This document shows, piece after piece, positions 23,850-31,501 of a DNA stretch of 35,411 nucleotides (its first letter is position 1; each line of letters opens with the position of its first letter). The position numbers and the translations under genes were made by a program. Source of the stretch: Rubrobacteraceae bacterium (lineage in GTDB: Bacteria > Actinomycetota > Rubrobacteria > Rubrobacterales > Rubrobacteraceae); NCBI GenBank assembly GCA_035761765.1, contig DASTQK010000301.1:1-35411 (forward strand). The letters run 5' to 3'. The notes under the pieces are model-generated. The model saw only the letters and a program-made list of their open reading frames with translations, was not told the origin of the DNA and ran no database searches.

Positions 23850-25028
23850 CTACAGCCTGCCAACGGTCCTTGCCAGGTTCTCGATCTCCGCTTCGGTGTT
23901 GAAGAGGTGCGTGCTCGCCCGGACGTATGAGCGAGCCCCTGGAATGTACCGAAGAACGAACCTCTCCTCCAGCAGGCGCTCCGCTACCTCTTTGGATGCC
24001 AGCCCATCGACCTCGAAGCTCACGAGGCCGGACTGTGCGGGCCGTTGCGTGCGCAACGTGATACGTGGCATCTCCGAGAGCAGCTCCAGGAGCAACTCGG
24101 CGCGGTCCAGGATCCGTTCGTAGACGAGCTCTCCCCGTTCATAGACGGCCTCCGCTGCGGCGGCGAACCCGGCGCAGAGGGCTGGGCTCCCCGTCGAGGC
24201 CTCGAAGCGCCGGGCACCCTTTCTGAGTTCGTAGCCGCCATCGGCGTCGAAGGCGAGGTGGTCTGCGAGCGAGAGGAAGCCGACGTTAGTACTGTGGACC
24301 TCGAGACCGGGCCGGACGTAGAGGGCGCCGATGCCCTCGGGTCCCAGAACCCACTTGTGGCCTGTGAAGGCGTAGATGTCGACGCCCGTGGCGGGTGCGT
24401 CCACGGGGATGTTGCCGACCGACTGGGCGCCGTCTACGAGGGTCAGGATGCCGCGCTCTCGCGCGATGGCGCAGATCCCGGCGAGCGGAAACACCTCTCC
24501 GGTTGTCCAGTCCACGTGCGAGAGGGCGACGAGGCGCGTCTTCGGGGTTATGGCGGCCTCTATCTTCTCTGGTGTCAAGGGAGGCGAGACCAGGTTCACC
24601 TTTACGCCGCAGCGCCCCCTCAGGTTGTGGAGGGGGACGAGGCATCCCGGGTGCTCGGTCGTGGTCGAGACGACCTCGTCGCCTTCGCGCCAGTCGATCG
24701 AAGCCACGCCCAGGTTCATCCCTTGGGTGGTGTTCTGGGTAAGGGCGACCTCTTCGGGGTCTGACCCGATCACCCGAGCGGCGGCCTCGCGGGCGCGCTC
24801 TCTTAGCTCGGCCTGAAGGGCGTAGAAGCCGGGGCCCTCCAGGTAGGCCGGACCGGAGCAGAGGTCGTCGGCTTTGTGCCCGGCCTCGATAGTCTCGTAG
24901 GAGGGCGGTCCGCTGCTGCCGGTGTTCAGGTAGACGTAGTCGTTCCCGGCCAGGGCGGGGAACATCTCGCGGTGTAGGTTTGCGTGTCTAACGATGTAAC
25001 CCTCCTCCTGGGGGACGGCGGCAGCCAT
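23850..25028 (-). CDS. Class-V aminotransferase-fold PLP enzyme (cysteine desulfurase/C-S lyase-like, lacking the SufS-type catalytic Cys loop)
   Basis: The start is ATG 25028; the extension to 25109 would run through the divergent PBP gene start. The PLP-lysine block AFTGHKWVLGPEGIGALYV and the C-terminal block YVRASTHLFNTEAEIENL are present. Confidence 0.8.
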   Translation of the reverse strand: MAAAVPQEEGYIVRHANLHREMFPALAGNDYVYLNTGSSGPPSYETIEAGHKADDLCSGPAYLEGPGFYALQAELRERAREAAARVIGSDPEEVALTQNTTQGMNLGVASIDWREGDEVVSTTTEHPGCLVPLHNLRGRCGVKVNLVSPPLTPEKIEAAITPKTRLVALSHVDWTTGEVFPLAGICAIARERGILTLVDGAQSVGNIPVDAPATGVDIYAFTGHKWVLGPEGIGALYVRPGLEVHSTNVGFLSLADHLAFDADGGYELRKGARRFEASTGSPALCAGFAAAAEAVYERGELVYERILDRAELLLELLSEMPRITLRTQRPAQSGLVSFEVDGLASKEVAERLLEERFVLRYIPGARSYVRASTHLFNTEAEIENLARTVGRL

Positions 25029-25030
25029 TC

Positions 25031-25040
25031 TGTATAATAG
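25031..25040. promoter_or_regulatory. Overlapping divergent -10 boxes (TGTATAATAG / CTATTATACA) in a 19-bp intergenic gap
   Basis: TATAAT at 25033-25038 lies 9 nt before ATG 25048 on the + strand. TATTAT (reverse complement of 25034-25039) lies 5 nt before ATG 25028 on the - strand. Neither start has an SD. Confidence 0.4.
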
Positions 25041-25047
25041 CCCCTTC

Positions 25048-27246
25048 ATGCAGAACGGGAATTTGCGCATGATGAACCGCCGGCGGCGCCGGATGCGCAA
25101 GAAGAGCAACTGGCTGGCGACGGCGCGTAACGTCTTCCTGATCGTCTGTGCGGTGGGGGTACTCGGGGTCGTCGTGCTCTTCGCCAGCTTCGCCCAGACC
25201 TACACGGCGCTTGCCGAGGACATGCCCGAGCTCGACGATTATTCCTCCACCGAGCTCGCTCAGACTTCCGTCGTCTACGACGCCAACGGCAACGTCGTGG
25301 ACGAGCTCTATGGCGTCCAGAACCGCTACGTCGTCCCTCTCGAGAAGATAGACCCGACGCTGCACGACGCGGTCATCTCCATCGAGGACCACCGCTTCTA
25401 CGAGCACAGAGGGCTGGACTTCGAGGCTATAGGCCGCGCCGCCGTGGAGAACATCCAGAGCCTCTCCATCCGGGAAGGCGGCTCCACCATAACCCAGCAG
25501 CTCATAAAGAACACCTACATAGCCCAGGAGCAGCGCCTGATCCCGAGCTTCGAGCGCAAGTTCGCCGAGGCCTCGCTCGCCTGGCAGTACGAGGAGGAGC
25601 ACTCTAAGGAGGAGATCCTCGAGCAGTACCTGAACACCGTGTACTTCGGCGCGAACGCCTACGGCGCCGACGCCGCCGCCAGGACCTACTTCAACAAGAA
25701 GGCCGAGAACCTCACCCTCCCCGAGTCCGCGCTGCTGGCCGGGATCATCCAGCTACCCGGCGTCTACGACCCGTTTATCGACCCGAAGACCGCAAAGGAC
25801 CGCCGCAACGTCGTGCTCGACCGGATGCTCGAGTATGGCTACATAACCAAGAAGGAGCACGACGAGGCCGTCAAGGCCGACCTCGTCCTCAGCAGGGGCC
25901 GCGTCGAGCACGAGAACGACAACGAGTACTTCCTCAACGCCGTCCGCAGGGAGCTGGCCGAGGAGTACGGCGACGAGACGGTCTACGAGGGCGGCCTGGA
26001 GATCCACACCACCCTCGACCCGAGACTCCAGGAGATGGCCAACACGGCCGTGGACTCAATCGTGGACCCCGAGGCGGGAGACCCTTCGGCTGCGCTCGTC
26101 TCCGTGGAGCCGGCGACGGGAGCTGTCAGGGCGATGGTCGGCGGATCGGACTTCGACCAGGTCAAGTTCAACCTCGCCACCCAGGCCCACCGGCAGGCCG
26201 GCAGCTCCTTCAAGCCCTTCGTCTACGCCGAGGCCATAGAGCAGGGGATCTCGCCCGAGACCACCTACGTCTCCGAGCACCTGGAGGTGCCCATGGGGCC
26301 TTACGAAGACCCTTATGTGGTGGACAACTACGACTTCATCGAGCGCGGCCCCATAACCCTCGAGCGGGCGATGGCCGACTCGGATAACACCGTCTTCGTC
26401 CAGCTCGCGCTGGACATCGGGCTGGAGAACGTCGTCGAGAAGGCCCACGAGATGGGCATAACGAGCGAGGTCGAGGCTTACCCCTCGACCGCGATCGGAG
26501 GCCTCGGCAAGGGTGTGACGCCACTGGAGATGGCCTCCGCCTACTCGACTCTGCCCAACCAGGGCGTGCACATGAGACCCTACCTTGTAGAGAGGGTGAC
26601 CAAGGAAGAGAACGGCGAGGAGATCGTCGTCGAGGAGCACCGTTTGAAGAACGAGCAGGCCCTCACCCGCGACGAGGCGGCCATGGTAACCCAGGCCCTG
26701 CGGCGTGTGATCACGGACGGCACAGCCAGTTACTATCACGACCTCGACGCGGAGATAGGCCGCCCGTCGGCAGGCAAGACGGGCACGACGAACAACTTCG
26801 TCGACGCCTGGTTTATAGGCTTTATCCCGCAGCTCTCGACGAGCGTCTGGGTCGGCTACCCGGACGAGCGGACGCCCATGGTGAACATCAACGGCCTGCC
26901 GGAGATCAACGGCGAGAACTACCCGCTGGACATCTGGTCTTTGTACATGCAGGACGCCGTGAGCATGTACCCGGAACAGGAGTTCGACGTCCCGAGCCCG
27001 TTTATGGACCTCCAGATCAAGTCCGACGGTCGCGCGGTCCCGCCGCAGGAGACGACCGAAGATAACGACGAAACTACCGAGAGCACCACCGGAGATTCCG
27101 ACACCGAGGATAACCGCTTCGCCGACGAGAGGGAGGACCCAGAGCGAGAGTTCGAACCTGCGCCTCAGTCGGCCTCACCAGCCCCGCAGTCTGCCTCTCC
27201 CGCACCCGTATCACCCGCCGGCCCCCGCGACCGGGGCGTCTTCTAG
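25048..27246 (+). CDS. ponA: Class A penicillin-binding protein (PBP1A: glycosyltransferase + transpeptidase)
   Basis: It has an N-terminal basic region plus a TM anchor. GT51 blocks EDHRFYEHRGLD and GGSTITQQL, and transpeptidase motifs SSFKPF (SxxK), SDN and KTGTT, are present. The C-terminal tail is acidic and Pro/Ser-rich. Alternative ATG starts are at 25069 and 25072. Confidence 0.9.
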   Translation: MQNGNLRMMNRRRRRMRKKSNWLATARNVFLIVCAVGVLGVVVLFASFAQTYTALAEDMPELDDYSSTELAQTSVVYDANGNVVDELYGVQNRYVVPLEKIDPTLHDAVISIEDHRFYEHRGLDFEAIGRAAVENIQSLSIREGGSTITQQLIKNTYIAQEQRLIPSFERKFAEASLAWQYEEEHSKEEILEQYLNTVYFGANAYGADAAARTYFNKKAENLTLPESALLAGIIQLPGVYDPFIDPKTAKDRRNVVLDRMLEYGYITKKEHDEAVKADLVLSRGRVEHENDNEYFLNAVRRELAEEYGDETVYEGGLEIHTTLDPRLQEMANTAVDSIVDPEAGDPSAALVSVEPATGAVRAMVGGSDFDQVKFNLATQAHRQAGSSFKPFVYAEAIEQGISPETTYVSEHLEVPMGPYEDPYVVDNYDFIERGPITLERAMADSDNTVFVQLALDIGLENVVEKAHEMGITSEVEAYPSTAIGGLGKGVTPLEMASAYSTLPNQGVHMRPYLVERVTKEENGEEIVVEEHRLKNEQALTRDEAAMVTQALRRVITDGTASYYHDLDAEIGRPSAGKTGTTNNFVDAWFIGFIPQLSTSVWVGYPDERTPMVNINGLPEINGENYPLDIWSLYMQDAVSMYPEQEFDVPSPFMDLQIKSDGRAVPPQETTEDNDETTESTTGDSDTEDNRFADEREDPEREFEPAPQSASPAPQSASPAPVSPAGPRDRGVF

Positions 27247-27247
27247 G

Positions 27248-27283
27248 AAAGGGCTAGCCGGAGCAGGCTCCGGCTAGCCCTTT
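27248..27283. terminator. Bidirectional terminator: perfect 17-bp inverted repeat between convergent PBP1A and IMPase genes
   Basis: AAAGGGCTAGCCGGAGC-AG-GCTCCGGCTAGCCCTTT. The A/T runs at both ends give a U-tract in either orientation. The right arm contains the IMPase stop codon (27274-27276). Confidence 0.65.
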
Positions 27284-28089
27284 ACCGCCAGGATATCGAG
27301 CACCTCCGGGTGCAGCCGGCCGTTGGTGGCTACGAGACCTTCAGAGGCCGGAGTCCAGGGCCCGCCGTCGAGGTCGGTGGCCTTGCCGCCGGCCTCGCTG
27401 ACGAGCAGGACGGTCGGGGCGTAGTCCCAGGCCGTGTTGCGGGTGCCGATGGAGACGTCGAGGTAGCCGGCGGCCAGCCAGGCGCCCCGCACGCCTGCGC
27501 TGCCTATGGCACGCAACTGCCACGAGGCGGAGAGGACCTGCCACGGCCCGGAAGCGCCGCTTCCTCTGAAGGCGAGGTCGGCGCCGAAGAAGGCGTACTC
27601 GAGCTTCCCGGTGTCGCTGACGCGCAATGGCGAGCGGCCACCTCGGGAATCCCTGTAGGCCCCGCCGCCGAGTCGGGCGTGGTACAGGTCGCCGAGTCGG
27701 GGCGCGGCGACGGCGGCGTGGGTGACGGTGTCGCCTTCCAGTACCGAGACGCAGGCGCAGAAGATCGGGTTGGCGCGCGCGAAGTTGGCGGTGCCGTCCA
27801 CCGGGTCGAGGAGCCAGGTACGGCCGCCGGAGGCGGAGATCTCGCCTCCCTGTTCCTCTGACAAGATGGCGTCGTCAGGGTAGCGCTCGCTGATGGCGCT
27901 CACCATCAGCTCCTCGCACAGGAGGTCCACCTCGGTGACGATGTCCTTCGGGGCCTTCTCCCTCACCCTGCCGGGGTCCTCATAGCGGGAGAGCTGGAGC
28001 TCCCCGGCCCTGCGGGCAACGTCGCAGACGAACTCGTGGAGCTCTTCGGAGGTGTCCAGGGTCTTTCCGGCTCTACCGGAGGTATTCAC
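27274..28089 (-). CDS. Inositol monophosphatase family protein (SuhB/ImpA-like)
   Basis: GTG 28089 is the only start upstream of the conserved N-terminal helix and overlaps the sigA 3' end by 17 nt. Blocks [18 protein letters not shown] and [15 protein letters not shown] are present. Confidence 0.85.
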   Translation of the reverse strand: MNTSGRAGKTLDTSEELHEFVCDVARRAGELQLSRYEDPGRVREKAPKDIVTEVDLLCEELMVSAISERYPDDAILSEEQGGEISASGGRTWLLDPVDGTANFARANPIFCACVSVLEGDTVTHAAVAAPRLGDLYHARLGGGAYRDSRGGRSPLRVSDTGKLEYAFFGADLAFRGSGASGPWQVLSASWQLRAIGSAGVRGAWLAAGYLDVSIGTRNTAWDYAPTVLLVSEAGGKATDLDGGPWTPASEGLVATNGRLHPEVLDILAVKG

Positions 28090-29167
28090 GCAGGTTCTGG
28101 GTGCGGCGCTGCTCGCGGAGGAGGTTCAGTGTCTTCATCTGGATCTGGCGTACCCGCTCGCGCGTGATGTCGAACTCGCGCCCGACCTCCTCCAGGGTGC
28201 GCGGCCTGTCGTCCTTCATCCCGAACCGGAGCTCGATGATCTGGCGCTCCCTTTCGGGTAGCTCGTCGAGCGCCTCACGCAGGTGCAGCTTCAACAGGGA
28301 CTCCGAGACGGCGTCGGTGGGCGTCGCGGAGGCGGCGTCCTCGAGGAAGTCGCCGAGCTCTGAGGAGTCGTCGTCGCCGACAGGCGTCTCGAGGCTAATG
28401 GAGCGCTGGCTGATCTCCTGCAGCCTCAAGATCTCATCTACCGGCACGCCGAGCTCGCGTGCGATCTCCTCGCCGGAGGGCTCGCGCCCGAGGAGCTGGA
28501 CCATGCGCCGGTGGGTACGGTGGAACTTGTTTATCTTCTCGACCATGTGGACGGGGACCCTTATGGTGCGTCCCTTGTCGGCTATGGCGCGCGTTACGGC
28601 CTGGCGGATCCACCACGTGGCATAGGTGGAGAATTTGTAGCCCTTGGTGTGGTCGAACTTCTCGGCGGCCCTGATCAGCCCGAGGTTGCCCTCCTGGATA
28701 AGGTCGAGAAACGATACCCCGCGGTTGCGGTACTTCTTGGCGATGGAGACGACGAGCCTGAGGTTGGCCTCGACGAGCTTGTCCTTGCAGCGCTTGTCGC
28801 CGCGGGCTATTCCCTTGGCCAGCCTTATCTCGTCGGCATGGGTGAGGAGCCGCACCCGTCCTATCTCCGCGAGGTACATACGAATCGAGTCCCCGGTAGC
28901 TACAGCGTGGGCGATCTGGATCGCCGGCGCCTCGTGGATCTTGGCGTCCGGGGCCGCCTCCCCGGATGCCTCAGGAGCCTCGCCCTCCACGAGGGTTATC
29001 TCCTCCTCCTCGAGTGCCGCATAGAACTCCTCGACTTCCGCCGCCGATAGATCACCCTCCTGAACGAGGTCGGCGACCTCCTCCGTACTGATAAAGCCCT
29101 GAGTTCTCCCCCTGTTGAGAAGCTCGTCGGTGCGCTCCGCCAGCATCATGGAGTTTTCGGCCGCCAT
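28073..29167 (-). CDS. sigA: Principal RNA polymerase sigma factor (sigma-70 group 1)
   Basis: ATG 29167 follows GAGGAGAGGAG. It has an acidic region 1, region 2 [13 protein letters not shown], and region 4.2 [19 protein letters not shown]. Confidence 0.92.
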   Translation of the reverse strand: MAAENSMMLAERTDELLNRGRTQGFISTEEVADLVQEGDLSAAEVEEFYAALEEEEITLVEGEAPEASGEAAPDAKIHEAPAIQIAHAVATGDSIRMYLAEIGRVRLLTHADEIRLAKGIARGDKRCKDKLVEANLRLVVSIAKKYRNRGVSFLDLIQEGNLGLIRAAEKFDHTKGYKFSTYATWWIRQAVTRAIADKGRTIRVPVHMVEKINKFHRTHRRMVQLLGREPSGEEIARELGVPVDEILRLQEISQRSISLETPVGDDDSSELGDFLEDAASATPTDAVSESLLKLHLREALDELPERERQIIELRFGMKDDRPRTLEEVGREFDITRERVRQIQMKTLNLLREQRRTQNLREYLR

Positions 29168-29350
29168 CTATCTCCTCTCCTCGACCGTAGCCCATCGCTG
29201 CTCGTTCTCACCGCGCAAGGCGGGAGTTTGTGAAATTGCCGTAAAATTGACTGGCGTAGGGTAGCACACCACATATGTGTAGTCATGGTAATTTGGGGCC
29301 CATTTCGTGTATTTTCTTTCACACACCCCTGCATCTGGCGTCCCACGTAG

Positions 29351-29394
29351 TATTTCGGTGCTGTTTCGCGCCGGTTTCGGGAGCGTTTCGGCGT
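29351..29394 (+). repeat. Four tandem 11-bp imperfect repeats (nGTTTCGGnGn) upstream of the murE promoter
   Basis: TTTCG occurs at 29353, 29364, 29375 and 29386, exactly 11 bp apart. The array ends 8 nt before the TACACT box. Confidence 0.6.
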
Positions 29395-29402
29395 ACCCTT
29401 GC

Positions 29403-29408
29403 TACACT
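29403..29408 (+). promoter_or_regulatory. Candidate -10 (TACACT) for a leaderless murE transcript
   Basis: TACACT lies 7 nt upstream of GTG 29416, with no SD in between. Confidence 0.3.
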
Positions 29409-29415
29409 ACGGGCT

Positions 29416-30882
29416 GTGATCCTGGACCGGGCAGACCTTGCGCGGGTTCTCGGCACGGAGATTCCTGCGAGCGCAGAAGAAGGGGTGAGGGGCGTCGCCT
29501 ACGACTCGCGGCGCGTCAGACCCGGCTTCGCCTTCGTCGCGGTCCCCGGCTTCAAGCGTGACGGGACGGACTTCGTCCGCGATGCCCTGCGCCGGGGGGC
29601 CTCCCTCGTCGTCGCTGAGCGAGAGCTCCCTCATGCGCCGACCGCCGTCGTGCCGGACGCCCGGGACGCCCTCGCCGCGCTGTCGCGCGCCGTGTTTGGC
29701 GACCCCTCGTCGGGCATGGAAGTCTACGGGGTTACCGGCACCAACGGCAAGACGACCACGGCCTACGCGCTTCACGCCATCCTCGCCGGCGCCTACGGCG
29801 AGAAGACGTGCGGGCTCATGACCACGGTGGAGACCGTCTCCGGCGCCGGTCGGCGCCCCGCGGTCCGCACTACCCCCGAGGCCGTCGAGGTGCAGGAGAC
29901 GCTCGCCGGGATGCGCGACGCGGGCGTCCGCAGGGTCGTCATGGAGGTCTCCTCGCACGGCATAGCGCTGGGGCGCGTCGCCGGGACCCGTTTCGTGGGC
30001 GCGCTCTTCACCAACCTCACCCGCGACCACCTCGACCTGCACGGCTCGATGGAGGCGTACTACCAGACCAAGCGCGAGCTCTTTCGCTGGAGCGACGGAC
30101 CCAAGGTAGCCAACGTAGAGGACCCCTGGGGACGGCGGCTCCGGGAGGAGGTCGCTGGGGTCAGGACCTTCGGGGGAAGCGGCGACGCGGACTACCGCGT
30201 AGCGCGAATCGAGACTACCCGGACAGGCACGAGCTTCGCGCTCCGTTACGCTGGCGGCGAGCTGAAGCTCCGCTCATCGCTGCTCGGAACCTATAACGTG
30301 CTCAACGTCGCGGGGGCGGCCGCCCTCGCGCTGGAGGCGGGCATCGAGGGGGAGGTTGTGGCCGGGGCCGTGCGGGGGATGGGGCAGGTGCCAGGACGCT
30401 TCGAGAGGGTGAAAGGGGGCCGCGGGTTCGAGGTCATCGTGGACTACGCCCACACCGACGTGGGGCTCGAGGCCGTCCTCGGGGTGGCGCGGGCGCTGGT
30501 GGAGAACGGCGGGAGGCCGGGGGGGCGTGTGATCTGCGTGTTCGGGGCTGCGGGGGAGCGGGACGGGGACAAGCGCCCGAAGATGGGCCGGGTGGCCGCC
30601 CGTCTCGCCGACCTCAGCATCGTCACCACCGACGACGCCTACGCAGAAGATCCCGCCAAGATCGCCCGGGAAGTCGCGGCTGGGGCCGACCCCGCGCGCA
30701 CCGAGGTGCTGCTGGACAGGCGGGCGGCGATCCGGCGCGCGCTGGAGGCGGCACACGAGGGGGACGTCGTCGTCGTGGCGGGCAAGGGACACGAGCGGGT
30801 CCAGCACCTGCCCGCGGGGGACATCCTCTTCCACGACGCGACGGTGATTGGCGAAGTCCTGGAGGAGCTAGACGGAGGGTAG
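29416..30882 (+). CDS. murE: UDP-N-acetylmuramoyl-L-alanyl-D-glutamate--diamino acid ligase MurE (DNPR motif absent)
   Basis: GTG 29416 is preferred because the in-frame extension to 29275 is AT-rich with low GC3. Blocks GVTGTNGKTTT, the Mur ligase central domain and DYAHTD are present. The sequence TTDDAYAEDP replaces the usual DNPR block. Confidence 0.88.
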   Translation: MILDRADLARVLGTEIPASAEEGVRGVAYDSRRVRPGFAFVAVPGFKRDGTDFVRDALRRGASLVVAERELPHAPTAVVPDARDALAALSRAVFGDPSSGMEVYGVTGTNGKTTTAYALHAILAGAYGEKTCGLMTTVETVSGAGRRPAVRTTPEAVEVQETLAGMRDAGVRRVVMEVSSHGIALGRVAGTRFVGALFTNLTRDHLDLHGSMEAYYQTKRELFRWSDGPKVANVEDPWGRRLREEVAGVRTFGGSGDADYRVARIETTRTGTSFALRYAGGELKLRSSLLGTYNVLNVAGAAALALEAGIEGEVVAGAVRGMGQVPGRFERVKGGRGFEVIVDYAHTDVGLEAVLGVARALVENGGRPGGRVICVFGAAGERDGDKRPKMGRVAARLADLSIVTTDDAYAEDPAKIAREVAAGADPARTEVLLDRRAAIRRALEAAHEGDVVVVAGKGHERVQHLPAGDILFHDATVIGEVLEELDGG

Positions 30883-30884
30883 GG

Positions 30885-31145
30885 TTGCAGCGGGAGAACA
30901 AGAACGAGGTTATCAGGCGTCTCAAGAGCGTCGAGGGGCACGTGCGGGGGGTCGCAAAGATGGTCGAGGAGGGCGACGTGACCTACGCCGAGATCGTCCA
31001 GCAGACCAACGCCATCTTCTCGGCCATCAAGCGTATAAACAACCTGTTGCTCAAGGACTTCGTCGAGGAGCGCGCCGACCGCGACGGCGTCTCGGAGGAG
31101 ATGGTAAAGGACCTTATGAAGGCCATAGAGCGGGTGACGAAATAG
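30885..31145 (+). CDS. CsoR/RcnR-family (DUF156) transcriptional regulator lacking all canonical metal/thiol ligand residues
   Basis: TTG 30885 lies 2 nt after the murE stop, with GACGGAGGG upstream. The family core is RLKSVEGHVRGVAKMVEEG....IVQQTNAIFSAIKRINNLLL. The 86-aa product contains no Cys. Confidence 0.75.
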   Translation: MQRENKNEVIRRLKSVEGHVRGVAKMVEEGDVTYAEIVQQTNAIFSAIKRINNLLLKDFVEERADRDGVSEEMVKDLMKAIERVTK

Positions 31146-31201
31146 GGGTTGAGCCTCACTCGAGATGTCAGTTGTAACCACTGTTTCGGAGGTAGAGAAT
31201 C

Positions 31202-31501
31202 GTGTATAGTCCGGAGCCGATGGAGGAGCGCCCGGAGATCCAGGGTCTCGAGGAGAAGGTAGGGGAGCTCGAGAGGCTCGCCGACGCCCTCGACGGCGTA
31301 CCCGACGAGGAGCTCGTCGGGACGCTCGACCGGGCCGTGGAGCTCCTCGGGGAGATCAACACGGGCATCGAGACGGAGCTCGACGCCGCGGACAGGGAGT
31401 CCAGGGAGATCGGCGAGCTCGTCGAGGGGATCGGCCTGGGCCCCTTCGACGAGGCCCTCGAGGAGCTCGAGCGCCAGGAACGCGACGCCGGTGCCCCCTG
31501 A
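31202..31501 (+). CDS. Hypothetical highly acidic helical protein (99 aa); faint XseB-like pattern only
   Basis: GTG 31202 follows GGAGG (ATG 31220 is an alternative). GC3 is very high. By my count 31 of 99 residues are Asp/Glu. The 3' end overlaps pyrE by 11 nt. Confidence 0.5.
   Translation: MYSPEPMEERPEIQGLEEKVGELERLADALDGVPDEELVGTLDRAVELLGEINTGIETELDAADRESREIGELVEGIGLGPFDEALEELERQERDAGAP

Noticed and set aside
27040-27243. The repetitive 3' end of the PBP1A gene (APQSASPAPQSASPAP plus an acidic ETTEDNDETTESTTGDSDTEDN tract) could be a possible minisatellite or separate element.
   Set aside because: It is in-frame, low-complexity linker or tail sequence, as is common at the C-termini of class A PBPs. 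There are only about two imperfect 21-bp units, so it is not an array.
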